Positions 17,179 through 27,271 of a stretch of DNA of 46,991 nucleotides are shown in pieces (within the stretch, counting starts at the first letter, position 1; each line of letters starts with the position of its first letter). The translations under genes and the position numbers were made by a program. The notes below the pieces were generated by a model. That model made no database searches and was not told the DNA's origin. It was given only the letters and a program-made list of their open reading frames with translations. The stretch covers positions 1-46,991 of IMG/VR virus record IMGVR_UViG_3300002092_000006; one strand, given 5' to 3'. The DNA comes from a virus (Duplodnaviria; Caudoviricetes).

Positions 17179-17343
17179 TTATTTTTTATATTGCATATTA
17201 ACTTCTGCTACGTTAAGTTTATTCTTTTCCATTATAAAACTTAAACCTGCGATAATCAATACTACCATACTTAATGTGATAATAATTTTTCGACCTACTC
17301 GTTTCTTTCTTATTTTTATTTGTGGTATTTTTGGTTTTTTCAT
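17179..17343 (-). CDS. Small single-TM protein with basic N-terminus (54 aa, not in ORF track)
   Basis: MKKPKIPQIKIRKKRVGRKIIITLSMVVLIIAGLSFIM...; tightly packed between genes. Confidence 0.55.
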   Translation of the reverse strand: MKKPKIPQIKIRKKRVGRKIIITLSMVVLIIAGLSFIMEKNKLNVAEVNMQYKK

Positions 17344-17348
17344 AGGAA

Positions 17349-17693
17349 TTATAGACCAGTATTTAGGGTAGATTCAATTTCCATTAATTTTACTTTCTTG
17401 ATTTGAGCATTAACTTGTTCAATTCCTTTGACAAATCTATCTACAATAAACTCCGCAATAAATTCATCATCTGGCTTAGGATTATTTATCATTTCGGGTA
17501 AATTATTAGGGTCAGGGATAACATCTCCCTCACTATTAGGGTCAGGAATTGTATTGTATACATAATCAGGGTTTTTAATTTTTGCTGGTTTTTGTAATGC
17601 TTTAACTGCTAAACGTGTTGTTTCACTATCTATATCTAAGATGTAACTTATTTCTAATAGCCCATCCGAATTTCTTGTTATTATTGGTTTCAT
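17349..17693 (-). CDS. Hypothetical protein, possible fibre chaperone
   Basis: 114 aa directly after the fibre gene; IPDPN repeats. Confidence 0.55.
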   Translation of the reverse strand: MKPIITRNSDGLLEISYILDIDSETTRLAVKALQKPAKIKNPDYVYNTIPDPNSEGDVIPDPNNLPEMINNPKPDDEFIAEFIVDRFVKGIEQVNAQIKKVKLMEIESTLNTGL

Positions 17694-17717
17694 AATATAT
17701 TTATTGTTAATTGATAA

Positions 17718-19847
17718 TTAAATTCCTACCCAACCTGCACCACTATAAAAAACCACACCTTTAGCTGTGCCACCCCCGACTGGAGCAGTACCTTTTGGTG
17801 GTATTATTGTGCCATCTGTTATGTAACAAATATCTCCTGCTACACCAGTAGGAAGAGTAGCGACTGTGTAACCTGCCAATCTCATAGTGCCTGTACTTTG
17901 CACAAGTGGAGAAATAACTGATGTTCCAAAATATCCTGTACGAGGTCTTGTAGCACCACTTGCACCTATATCATAGACATTATCTGTTTCAGCGAGTAAA
18001 TGCCCTGCACCTTTTACTCGCCATTTTATGTTTGCTGTGCGTGTTGCTGTGCCAGAAGCTCCAGGAGTTGCTGTCTGAAAAACTACATCTGAACCTGCAT
18101 TACCTGTGGAATTTCCAGCATTTAAATATATAGAACCACCAGGATTATTAGTAGTACCTCCATTTTGTGCATTGATTATAAAATCAGCACCGCCAATTAT
18201 TCCGTCAAGAACAGCACCCATAGTCATCGGAAATGACGTGCTTGCTTGAAAAAAAGAAATTTTATTTCCGACCAAAAATCTTCCTCCACCCTCTCCAGCA
18301 TAAACATCCCCAGTAGAAAATCTATTAAAGTGTAAATCTCCATTAGGAGTAACTCCAGGGTCCATCGTACCATCTGCTATTGGTACATACCCCTCTATGC
18401 CCCAAGCATTAACTGCTATTCCATATTGTAACGGTTGTACTACAAATAATCCTGATGTTGTCGTGTCAGCATCTATGACTTGTGTATTTAAAATTATGGA
18501 ACCATCTTCAGCTGATGGTGTAGATATTTCTAAATCAGCTATTGGAGCTGTGTTACGTATACCCAAGAATCCATCTTTAGATATTCTCATATTTTCTGTA
18601 CCATTAACTTGTCCGACAAATATCGGAGAAGTTGTTGCACCATTATTAGCAATTATCGCAGCCGATTGTGTAATAGTTGGTGCATTACTGTGTAAGCCAA
18701 AATATCCTGCAACATTATTAGTTGCGTTGAGTGCTAAGGAACCAAGTCCAACATTTAGAGCGGGGGAATTACTTGTACTTGTAGCTACAGCAAGAGTTGC
18801 TAAGTTTAGGGTAGAACTTCCCGAAGCAAGATAAGCCGAACCAACATTATGACCTGTGGTTACTCCTTGTGTGTTTCCACCGATACTATAATTGGCATCT
18901 CCAATTAACCACCCTTGTACTCCTGTACTTGTCGCTGTATTGGAAGAAAAGATTGCACGAGTTCTGCCTGTACCTGTGTAAGTTAATCCACTTGTTACAC
19001 CCATATTAACTCTTAAGCCCTCATATATCTGTGTATTGGTACTGCCATTCACATCTAAGGCATATAATACACCTGTGGTTCGTACAGATGTGGTAGTCGG
19101 AAGTGTAGCTGTAATGTTTAGAAAATTACTTGTAGATGAAGCACCTGAAATGGTTTTGTTCATCTGCAATACGCCATTTCCAAAATTGAAATTTTTAGAT
19201 GTGTCGTTGTAAGTAAAGTTTGCCGATTGAGCTATGGTAGCGGTAGGATTTACAAAGAGAATTGAGTTAGTTGTACCACCTGTGATAGTGCCACCGATGG
19301 AGGGAGATGAGCCACCACCAGAAGCAGAAATTGTTATATTTTGACCTGCTGGAGTTAGAGTTATGTTTGTACCTGCGACAAGATTAACTGCACCTGTAAT
19401 TGAGTTTAAAGAGGTAACAGCACTTGTTAAATATCCTGCTCCATTTGTAAAAATAGCATTACTTTGACCAGTAAGAGCAGATATTGCACGAGCATTTGTA
19501 AAATATAGATTACCACTTTCTGTAATTTGTGAAGTTGTATAATCACCACTTTGTGCGACAACTGTTCCAGTACGACCGAATACAGATGTAACACCAATAA
19601 TATTTCCACTTAATAACCAAGATGGAGTTGCAAGTGTACCAACATTTACATATCTATTATCACCAGATAAAATATCATTACGGATCATTAAGCAACCAGT
19701 ATTATAAACATTTGAATGTAGGGCAACAACATTTGGATTTCCATCACAATCAGCCTCAACAGCATTACCTGATTCATTCGTTAAATTTATATTTACATTG
19801 GTATCTAATGTACCAAAGAAATTTGTACCAGATATATTTTTAAGCAT
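17718..19847 (-). CDS. Fibre / receptor-binding protein
   Basis: VTSVFGRTGTV and VTSLNSITGAV repeats, LVAGTNITLT, C-terminal YTVATLPT..AG....TD; G/T/S/N rich. Confidence 0.7.
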   Translation of the reverse strand: MLKNISGTNFFGTLDTNVNINLTNESGNAVEADCDGNPNVVALHSNVYNTGCLMIRNDILSGDNRYVNVGTLATPSWLLSGNIIGVTSVFGRTGTVVAQSGDYTTSQITESGNLYFTNARAISALTGQSNAIFTNGAGYLTSAVTSLNSITGAVNLVAGTNITLTPAGQNITISASGGGSSPSIGGTITGGTTNSILFVNPTATIAQSANFTYNDTSKNFNFGNGVLQMNKTISGASSTSNFLNITATLPTTTSVRTTGVLYALDVNGSTNTQIYEGLRVNMGVTSGLTYTGTGRTRAIFSSNTATSTGVQGWLIGDANYSIGGNTQGVTTGHNVGSAYLASGSSTLNLATLAVATSTSNSPALNVGLGSLALNATNNVAGYFGLHSNAPTITQSAAIIANNGATTSPIFVGQVNGTENMRISKDGFLGIRNTAPIADLEISTPSAEDGSIILNTQVIDADTTTSGLFVVQPLQYGIAVNAWGIEGYVPIADGTMDPGVTPNGDLHFNRFSTGDVYAGEGGGRFLVGNKISFFQASTSFPMTMGAVLDGIIGGADFIINAQNGGTTNNPGGSIYLNAGNSTGNAGSDVVFQTATPGASGTATRTANIKWRVKGAGHLLAETDNVYDIGASGATRPRTGYFGTSVISPLVQSTGTMRLAGYTVATLPTGVAGDICYITDGTIIPPKGTAPVGGGTAKGVVFYSGAGWVGI

Positions 19848-19859
19848 TGCATATTATTA

Positions 19860-20363
19860 TTATAATTTAGATACAATCAGAGTAATAGAATTATGTAAAT
19901 CTTTAATCTGTTGTTTTGTACTTCTCAATTCTTCTTCAGAATTCTTTTTATTATTAGCGTGTTGGTCGGTAAATTCTTCCATTTCTTTTTGTAAAGTTTT
20001 CACCATATCAGAATACTTCTGTATATCTGAAATGTATTCTCTTTTTTGAGCAACAGCAATATCAATATAATTACATTCTTGTTCAAGTTTTACTTTTTGA
20101 TTATTCAACTTATTCATTTCTTCAGTAGTAGTAACCATAATTGACTTTCGTGTTTCAATCTCTTTTAACAATTCAAATAATTTAACTTCTTCTTCTTTGA
20201 AATTAATTTTATTTGCTTCGTGAGTATTAACAAGTGTATCAAGTTGTCTTTTAGTCTCTTCTAATTTATAAACAACATTTGACAAGAATTCAATTCTATT
20301 GTTGAATTCTGCCTCTACTGGATTTATTGGATTTGTATTATCTTTTATATCGCTTATTGGCAT
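19860..20363 (-). CDS. Coiled-coil hypothetical protein
   Basis: Heptad-rich 167 aa ORF. Confidence 0.6.
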   Translation of the reverse strand: MPISDIKDNTNPINPVEAEFNNRIEFLSNVVYKLEETKRQLDTLVNTHEANKINFKEEEVKLFELLKEIETRKSIMVTTTEEMNKLNNQKVKLEQECNYIDIAVAQKREYISDIQKYSDMVKTLQKEMEEFTDQHANNKKNSEEELRSTKQQIKDLHNSITLIVSKL

Positions 20364-20377
20364 AAATTATTTTTATA

Positions 20378-20782
20378 TTAACGAGTAAAGTCGTTAGCAG
20401 CAGTTAATTTAACTGTTATTGCACCTGAAGTATATCCAGAAACAATAGGACACATCCAATTAATATAATCAGTTTGAAGAGTATATATTTTAACAATATC
20501 AGTCCCGTTTAAAACTATACCTGTTGAACCAACTAAGGCAGTTTGAGAGTTTAAAGGAAGAATTTGTGCATAATCATATATATTGGAAGAAGATGGAGCA
20601 TTGGAAAAATTAGGAGCAGTTAATTCATTTGAAATACCAAATTTAATTGTAGCATTCGTATTTCCTGTTGTTGTAACAGTTAAAATTAAATAAAGGTAAT
20701 CACTTACATCTGATGTACTTCCTGCACCATTAGCATTAACTCCCGCAAGAACTGTTATTGGTTTCTGTTTTATTCTTGACAT
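20378..20782 (-). CDS. Small beta-sandwich virion protein (putative)
   Basis: Beta-strand, T/S/G-rich 134 aa; YTSGAITV near the C-terminus; structural block. Confidence 0.5.
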   Translation of the reverse strand: MSRIKQKPITVLAGVNANGAGSTSDVSDYLYLILTVTTTGNTNATIKFGISNELTAPNFSNAPSSSNIYDYAQILPLNSQTALVGSTGIVLNGTDIVKIYTLQTDYINWMCPIVSGYTSGAITVKLTAANDFTR

Positions 20783-20800
20783 ATAATTTTATATATTATC

Positions 20801-21124
20801 TTATAAATTAGGGTCAATTCCAACTTCGACATTAGGTGACAAAACATCATCAACAGGAGATATAACATCTACAGGCACATCCTGCACTAAAGCATCACCT
20901 ACAATCACATCTGGTTGTATAAAAGATTGTGAATCATCTTTTAATTGCAATTCAGAACGATCTGAAATATCTACAGACTTAATTTGAGAACCAAGTCGTG
21001 TATTCAACACAGTAAATTCAGCATCCTGAACTTCCGTAGGAATAGTTGGGTCAATAAGCAATTTTCTATTTGCTGATAAATTAAATTTTATTTTTTCTCC
21101 TGTTCTACTAATTATGTATTTCAT
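20801..21124 (-). CDS. Hypothetical protein with acidic C-terminus
   Basis: 107 aa ORF in operon context. Confidence 0.55.
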   Translation of the reverse strand: MKYIISRTGEKIKFNLSANRKLLIDPTIPTEVQDAEFTVLNTRLGSQIKSVDISDRSELQLKDDSQSFIQPDVIVGDALVQDVPVDVISPVDDVLSPNVEVGIDPNL

Positions 21125-21223
21125 TGTTTTGTTTTTATTATTTTACTTCCCTGTCGCTCTCTCCCAATTATGAGAAAGAGAGCAGAGAAGCAATTAGATT
21201 AATAATTAAATTATACCACTATA

Positions 21224-24157
21224 CTAAGCCATTACAAAGTAAAACCAAGTAGGTGTAGCTATGTAAGTTCCACCAGTAGGTATCGTAATTACGAATGTAG
21301 TAGCTGTTGTTGAAGTAACTGCGGCTGGAGTTTGTACTCCTGTAACTGCATTCTGAAGAATTACTGTTTTTGGAGCAGTAGTGTAAGTCTTATTGAATGT
21401 AATTGTAAGAATAGTTCCACCAGTAGAAGTACCAGTAGTTGTAATAGCACCACAAACATCTGTAGATCCAGCTGTAATAGCTGCTGCTGTAATTCCAGCT
21501 TGGTTAGTAACAGCAATAGTTGGAGCAGTAGTCTGATTACTTGTCATATGACCATTTGCACCAATAGTGTGAACATTTAATGCACCATCATTAGCAGCAA
21601 AGTAGAATCCAGTTGTTAAAGTAGCCGCAGTTGCACTTACTTTTAACAATGTACCGCTTGTTGTTGCAGCTGCTACGATTGATTGAACAGTTCCAGTAGT
21701 AGTACCAGAAGAAGTTATCAATGCAATAGTACCAGCAGTAGAAGCAGTTGAAGATAGATTCAAAAGATTTCCACTTGTAGTACCAGTATCTACTGATGTT
21801 GAGGAAATATTTAATAGAGAGCCACCAGAAGCAATTACACTTGTAGTGTGAGCAATACTAAATCCTAGACCAGTTGTTAATGCTGTATCAGAAAGCAAAG
21901 CTAAAGTAGCCACTGCACCTCCTGTATTAACCAATGTTACTAGAGAACCTGATGTTGTTGTTGTATCTACAGAAGATGAGGATAGACTTAATAAAGAACC
22001 TCCACCTGAAATCACAGAAGTAGCGTGTAACAACTTTATTCCAAAACCAGTTGTTAAAGCTGCTGCCGTACCCAAGTTTAGAAGTGTACCTGTCGTTACT
22101 CCTGAACCAACTATTGAGACAACATTTCCAGTTGTTGTAATTGTTCCTGAAGAAGTTACAAGCAAGGCATTTCCTGTTGTAAGAGCATTAGAAGTAATAT
22201 TTACTGTATTACCTGCTGTTGTATTTGCACCAGTAACAAGCAATGTGTTAGAAGCACCAGTTGTAGAACAACCAGTAATTGAAACTACATTTCCTGTGTA
22301 ACCTGTTGTATAACCTGAAGCGACAACACTCAAAATACCATTTGTCAACTGACCTGCATTTGTAGCTGTCATTAAAACTGCGACACCAGCAGTTGCACCA
22401 CTTGAAGCAAAGTTTGCTAAGTATTGTGAACCTGTGTCAACTCCAGTAGATGTAACATTAAGTAAAGTACCTGTACTTGAGATAACTGAAGTAGTATGAG
22501 TAATGCTAATACCAAATCCAGTAGTTAATCCATTAACAGAAAGACTTTTTGCAGTTCCTGATGTAATAGAATTAGCTGAATGAACAAAAGCTGTACCAGT
22601 AGTTGTTCCAGTTGTAATTAATACTTGACCAACTGTTCCAGTATATGCACCCGTAGAAGCAATTTTTAGAATTGTTCCATCAGTATTTGCACCACCAGAA
22701 AGTGAAACAAGAATACCACTAGAAGTCATATTTGTACCACCACCAGTTACAAGCAATGCTGTACCAGAAGTTAATCCAGTACCAGAAATTTGTACAAGTC
22801 CACCTGCTGTAGTAGCAGAGTTAGCAACAACATTAATTAGGGCATTACCAGCTGCTGCTGTATATGCTCCAGTTGTTGTAATACTTATACCATTACCAGT
22901 TGTAGCAGCACCCATAGCGACTTCAATAATCTTTCCACCTGATGCAAGAGTTGCACCTGATCCAGTAGCAAGAATTAGAGAACCAGTTGTAAGACCAGTA
23001 CCTGATACTTGTAATAGTCCAGTTGTAGTTGTCGCAGAGTTAGCTACGATATTCACAAGTCCTGAAGAACCTGTAGTATATACTCCTGTTGAAACTACAC
23101 GAAGACCAATACCAGCAGTTGCTGCACCCATAGCAATATCAACTACTTTACCAGTTGTCAAATTAGCTCCACCACCTGTTACAAGAAGTCCGACACCTGT
23201 CGTTAATCCTGTACCAGTAATAGAAACAATGCCTGTTGTTGTAGTAGCACTATTTGCACTAACTAAGACAACATTATTTGAACCTGCATATACACCAGAA
23301 GTTAAGATTTTTAATCCTGTACCTGCTGTTGCTGCACCCATTTCTAAATCAAGCAAAATACCAGTTGTAAGGTTTGCACCACCACCAGTAATTGAATGAA
23401 GAATACCAGAAGTTTGTCCAGTTGCACTTTGTACAAGCATTGAACCAGTAGTAAGGGAATTTGCAGTAAGAGCAATAATACCAGCAGTGTCAGTATAGAC
23501 ACCAGTATTAGTTGAAGTTATAGCTTGTCCTGTTACTGCTGCACCCATTTGAAGACTAAGTAAATTACCAGTAGTTAGATTTGCACCACCTGCTGTAATT
23601 GTTAATCCTGAGCCACTTGTAAGACTAGTTGCAGAAATTGCTGCAATAGTTCCTGTAGTAGCAGAATTAGCAGTCAAAACTAATAAACCAATACCAGTAT
23701 AAGCACCTGTAGTTGTTGCAATGAATCCGCTACCTGCTGTAACAGCATTCATTGATGCTCGAAATACTGCACCACCAGTTGTAAAGACTCCTGTTGCTAC
23801 TGTACCCTGAAATACATTTCCAGTAGTAAGAGCTGTTGCAGAGTCTCCGATAGAAGTACCTGTTGTACTTATAGAATCTGTCTCAGAGAATGGAATTGAG
23901 AGTCCACCTCCACCTCCACCAGCGGCAAGTTGAGTCCATACTGCAGATAGATTAGTACCTGTATTGGTATAAGCAGTACCCAAATCCTTAGTACGCAAAT
24001 CACACCCTACGGCATATCCTGCAGCACCAGTCGGAATATTTGCATTTGTACATCTTACATAAACCCAATCTCCAGCTGGATTCTTGAGATAATCATCAAT
24101 ATTACCTGCAAATGGGTCTCCGAAACTTGTACCTGGTCTAAATTGTTCATTTGCCAT
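21224..24157 (-). CDS. Thr/Gly/Ala-rich repetitive beta-solenoid fibre (putative head fibre)
   Basis: 977 aa with recurring GGGANLTTG, MGAATAG, ANSATTT and GLTTG units; directly after the major capsid gene. Confidence 0.65.
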   Translation of the reverse strand: MANEQFRPGTSFGDPFAGNIDDYLKNPAGDWVYVRCTNANIPTGAAGYAVGCDLRTKDLGTAYTNTGTNLSAVWTQLAAGGGGGGLSIPFSETDSISTTGTSIGDSATALTTGNVFQGTVATGVFTTGGAVFRASMNAVTAGSGFIATTTGAYTGIGLLVLTANSATTGTIAAISATSLTSGSGLTITAGGANLTTGNLLSLQMGAAVTGQAITSTNTGVYTDTAGIIALTANSLTTGSMLVQSATGQTSGILHSITGGGANLTTGILLDLEMGAATAGTGLKILTSGVYAGSNNVVLVSANSATTTTGIVSITGTGLTTGVGLLVTGGGANLTTGKVVDIAMGAATAGIGLRVVSTGVYTTGSSGLVNIVANSATTTTGLLQVSGTGLTTGSLILATGSGATLASGGKIIEVAMGAATTGNGISITTTGAYTAAAGNALINVVANSATTAGGLVQISGTGLTSGTALLVTGGGTNMTSSGILVSLSGGANTDGTILKIASTGAYTGTVGQVLITTGTTTGTAFVHSANSITSGTAKSLSVNGLTTGFGISITHTTSVISSTGTLLNVTSTGVDTGSQYLANFASSGATAGVAVLMTATNAGQLTNGILSVVASGYTTGYTGNVVSITGCSTTGASNTLLVTGANTTAGNTVNITSNALTTGNALLVTSSGTITTTGNVVSIVGSGVTTGTLLNLGTAAALTTGFGIKLLHATSVISGGGSLLSLSSSSVDTTTTSGSLVTLVNTGGAVATLALLSDTALTTGLGFSIAHTTSVIASGGSLLNISSTSVDTGTTSGNLLNLSSTASTAGTIALITSSGTTTGTVQSIVAAATTSGTLLKVSATAATLTTGFYFAANDGALNVHTIGANGHMTSNQTTAPTIAVTNQAGITAAAITAGSTDVCGAITTTGTSTGGTILTITFNKTYTTAPKTVILQNAVTGVQTPAAVTSTTATTFVITIPTGGTYIATPTWFYFVMA

Positions 24158-24211
24158 ATATTTTTTAAGTTAAACTAATAATAAGTTCATAATATAACCG
24201 ACTTATTATAT

Positions 24212-25330
24212 TTAGCTTGAGTACGCATTACCAGAACCATTTGAACCAAGAATATTTCTCCAATCTGCCCAACCATACGCATACTCTTCTTTCATTTTAA
24301 AGGCAATAGAGTCAATAGGTTCTACACGCTGAACCTTAGAATCCATACCCCAGAATTCAACACGAACAAATCCAGTACCAACTTCAGGATCTTGATTTGA
24401 CCTATCAACAACAAACCATTCAGTGTTATTTGTGATAGAAGGAGTGTAGTAGGAAGTTCCAAGATAAGGACCAGTAACAATTCTTTCAAAAGAACCTTGA
24501 TATACGTTAATATCATTATTACCAGTTTTAGGTTGCCACATTGACTCATTTAAAGTCTTAACAGTTGCAACTTGACCATTAGCATTGGCAATAAAAATAT
24601 CTTTCATACCACCAAACATAGGCATTGGTTCAGCAACATCATCTACAGTAGCACCACCTTGTTCAAGAGCTGCATTGTATGCAGTAATTGAAAATGGAGC
24701 GGCATTACCAGAAGTATTAACAGCATTTGACTGTGTAGTTCCACCATTTGCAAGTGCGTGTTGAGTAGAAACTAGACGCTCATTAAGAGGCGTGAAATTT
24801 CCATCAAGACCCTGTGTTCCCTTTGCGAAAAAGAGAGCATTTGGATATGAAGTAGGTACAGTAAAAGCTAAGTTGAATTGTTCAAAGAGGTCAAGAATAT
24901 TTTGACGAGCAAATTTCTCATACAACTTTTGAGCACGATTCAAGAATTGACGATATGCAGTATCTTCTTTTGCAAGTCTTTCCTCTGCCTCCACAAGCTG
25001 TTCAGCAAGTTGGAAATCAGGGTCAAAGATTGAGGTCATCCAAGTTCTAAGATATGTCGCATCAGTGTATCGGTCTTTAGAACCACGATTACCAATAGGA
25101 CCTGAAAGAGCAGTTGTACCTGTATGTCTCCAAACAGCACGCATACCACTTTCAGTTACACTAGAAACATTTGTAAATACACCACCTACTTTATTGTCAG
25201 TACCAAGCATTGAATAATCCATCAATGCCTTCAGTGATTGACGAGATTGGTCAGTAACTGAATCAATGTCGCCTATAACATTCACCAAGAATACATCGAG
25301 CGGACCTTGGTTAAGAAATCCATTATCCAT
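24212..25330 (-). CDS. Major capsid protein (HK97 fold, Mu gpT-like)
   Basis: 372 aa; LDG...LVSTQH, NNDINVY, WFVVD, C-terminal YAYGWADWRNILGS; follows the scaffold and decoration genes. Confidence 0.8.
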   Translation of the reverse strand: MDNGFLNQGPLDVFLVNVIGDIDSVTDQSRQSLKALMDYSMLGTDNKVGGVFTNVSSVTESGMRAVWRHTGTTALSGPIGNRGSKDRYTDATYLRTWMTSIFDPDFQLAEQLVEAEERLAKEDTAYRQFLNRAQKLYEKFARQNILDLFEQFNLAFTVPTSYPNALFFAKGTQGLDGNFTPLNERLVSTQHALANGGTTQSNAVNTSGNAAPFSITAYNAALEQGGATVDDVAEPMPMFGGMKDIFIANANGQVATVKTLNESMWQPKTGNNDINVYQGSFERIVTGPYLGTSYYTPSITNNTEWFVVDRSNQDPEVGTGFVRVEFWGMDSKVQRVEPIDSIAFKMKEEYAYGWADWRNILGSNGSGNAYSS

Positions 25331-25380
25331 AAAATTATAAAGTTAAATTAGTAAAATATTCCACATCTAAGCCGACTAGC

Positions 25381-25884
25381 TTAAATTCTTGCTACTTTAG
25401 ACCATACACCAATTACTTGAGAAGAATTACCTGGATTAACTCCAAATGACAAGAACTGTTTTGGAGTTCCTGCTGAGTAAGAAGATTCAAGTAGAGTACC
25501 TTGAGCACCTGACTTAATAGCAAAATAACCATAATACTGAGAATTGGTTGTTGTACCAGTTGCTGCATCTAAGTCTGCAATCAATGTTGTAAGATTGTTT
25601 GAAAGAAGAATATCTACTGAAACTTTAGCAACAGTTTGATTAGTTGAAGTAGTAGTAATTGAATTAACTTGTGGGTACGCATTACCTCCTGCTGTACCAC
25701 CATTTATAGTTAAAACAGTACCTAAAATTACGTCAGTTGTATTTGTTCCATTTACTGTAACAAATTGTGGTGCTGAACTATTTATTATCATTGCATCTCC
25801 TATTGTAACAGTAATACTATTAGAAAGGATTGCGTTTTGGATAACATACATATCCAATAATTCTTTAGCGGGCTTGAATGCCAT
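25381..25884 (-). CDS. Capsid decoration/cement protein (putative)
   Basis: Beta-rich 167 aa between scaffold and major capsid; MAFKP start, ITVTIGD. Confidence 0.55.
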   Translation of the reverse strand: MAFKPAKELLDMYVIQNAILSNSITVTIGDAMIINSSAPQFVTVNGTNTTDVILGTVLTINGGTAGGNAYPQVNSITTTSTNQTVAKVSVDILLSNNLTTLIADLDAATGTTTNSQYYGYFAIKSGAQGTLLESSYSAGTPKQFLSFGVNPGNSSQVIGVWSKVARI

Positions 25885-25976
25885 ATATTTAAATAAATTA
25901 AAAGCTGTTAATGGTCAATGGAAATGACTTCTTAACAGCTCATAAATAAATCTACTATTAAATTGTGAGTTTATTG

Positions 25977-26603
25977 CTAGTCTAGGCGACCCTTATTTCT
26001 TGCAGCATTAAGTGCTTTTTGAGCAAATTCTGCTGTGATAGTACGTCCAGCCTTTCTTGATGCTTCCATAAAATCTTTTACATCTTTAGAAATGTGCTTA
26101 GTCTTATCTTCGCCTCCACTACCACCTCCACTATTTGACCCAGCATTACTAGCATTGTACTCTTCAGCTGCTCTCTCAGCATCACGCTGTTTCTTTTCAA
26201 GGTCTAGGTACTTATCAGGATTCTTTGCTACATAATGTGCCTTCATATCCTTAATGATATTAGGAACATTTATATTTTGTGTTTTAAAGTCCTGCTCAAA
26301 AGATAATTTTTCATCATCTTTGTCAATACCATAGTCTTTAAAGAAGAGTTGTTTTGCTTCTTCTAAATTTTCCTTTTGGAGTTTACTTGCAAGTGTAGCA
26401 TCTTCTTCTTTATTTTTAGAAGTGATTTTATCTATACCACGTCTTGCACCCTTGAGTTTTTCAACAGCATCAGGTAATCTACCTTTTGCTTCCTCTTCAA
26501 GTTTAACTTTATCCTCAGAGCTTAATTTAGAAGTTTCTGTATCAAATTCTGCTTCGGTAATCTCACCATTAATAAACTTATCTACAAGCTGTTTAGTTTC
26601 CAT
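25977..26603 (-). CDS. Scaffolding protein (putative; likely start METKQ)
   Basis: Charged helical protein with Gly/Ser linker and basic C-terminal helix; upstream of the capsid genes. Confidence 0.6.
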   Translation of the reverse strand: METKQLVDKFINGEITEAEFDTETSKLSSEDKVKLEEEAKGRLPDAVEKLKGARRGIDKITSKNKEEDATLASKLQKENLEEAKQLFFKDYGIDKDDEKLSFEQDFKTQNINVPNIIKDMKAHYVAKNPDKYLDLEKKQRDAERAAEEYNASNAGSNSGGGSGGEDKTKHISKDVKDFMEASRKAGRTITAEFAQKALNAARNKGRLD

Positions 26604-26704
26604 TGATTTGTTTTGATGTAGGCGGCACATCTATACGCCCTAAAGATTAATTTTTACGCCCATTAAAGTTGGCGGCACTTATCTAACTTGGTTCTAATTT
26701 ACAC

Positions 26705-26755
26705 ATTATACATAATGCATCATTTCAAAGTCAAGAGAACAATTTAAGTGGATAA
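26705..26755 (-). promoter_or_regulatory. Capsid operon promoter with DnaA-box-like element
   Basis: TTATCCACT-12 nt-TTGACT-18 nt-TATAAT. Confidence 0.65.
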
Positions 26756-26781
26756 CTTATCTCCCCCTCCTAACCTTAAAC

Positions 26782-27261
26782 TTAACCAATTTGGGAAGCA
26801 CTGACCTCTGCTTGGGAATTCTCACTGCTCCCACTTTCTGACTTATTGATTTGATTTTTTTTAAGCTCATCTTGAAATTCTTTTATACCATTTAAGGCTT
26901 TTTCTATAAAAGGAAGCTCGACTATTTGTTCCACTCTTTTAATATCTGGTTGATAATTTTTTCGATTCACACGAGCAATAGTATTCAACACTTTCAAATA
27001 AACCATCATACCATTGTAAAATGGAATTTTAAGTGGGTCATTGATTGCTCGTCTATTTACATACCAAGATTGCCACAATGTCCACTTTTCAAAAAGTTCT
27101 CCCGATTCCTCAAATATTTTTAATGCAGGTTCATTTACATCTTTTGGTATATATCCAATAAAGTCTTTTATAAGTAATAATTCAAAGAAGTGTTTGTTTT
27201 CATTAAAGATTTTTTCTAGGTCTAATGCTTTTTCTTCAATTTTCTTTTTAAATATATTCAT
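26782..27261 (-). CDS. Hypothetical protein after the portal
   Basis: 159 aa ORF, 10 nt from the portal stop. Confidence 0.65.
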   Translation of the reverse strand: MNIFKKKIEEKALDLEKIFNENKHFFELLLIKDFIGYIPKDVNEPALKIFEESGELFEKWTLWQSWYVNRRAINDPLKIPFYNGMMVYLKVLNTIARVNRKNYQPDIKRVEQIVELPFIEKALNGIKEFQDELKKNQINKSESGSSENSQAEVSASQIG

Positions 27262-27271
27262 AATCTATCTA

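Noticed and set aside
21146-21190. Hairpin after the head-fibre gene as a rho-independent terminator (similar hairpin at ~25903-25940)
   Set aside because: There is no U tract on the coding strand; more likely a stability or processing stem, and not supportable further.
26650-26678. Resemblance to 16S rRNA (GTGCC...TGGGCGTAAA)
   Set aside because: The match is too short and gapped, with no other rRNA sequence; likely chance.
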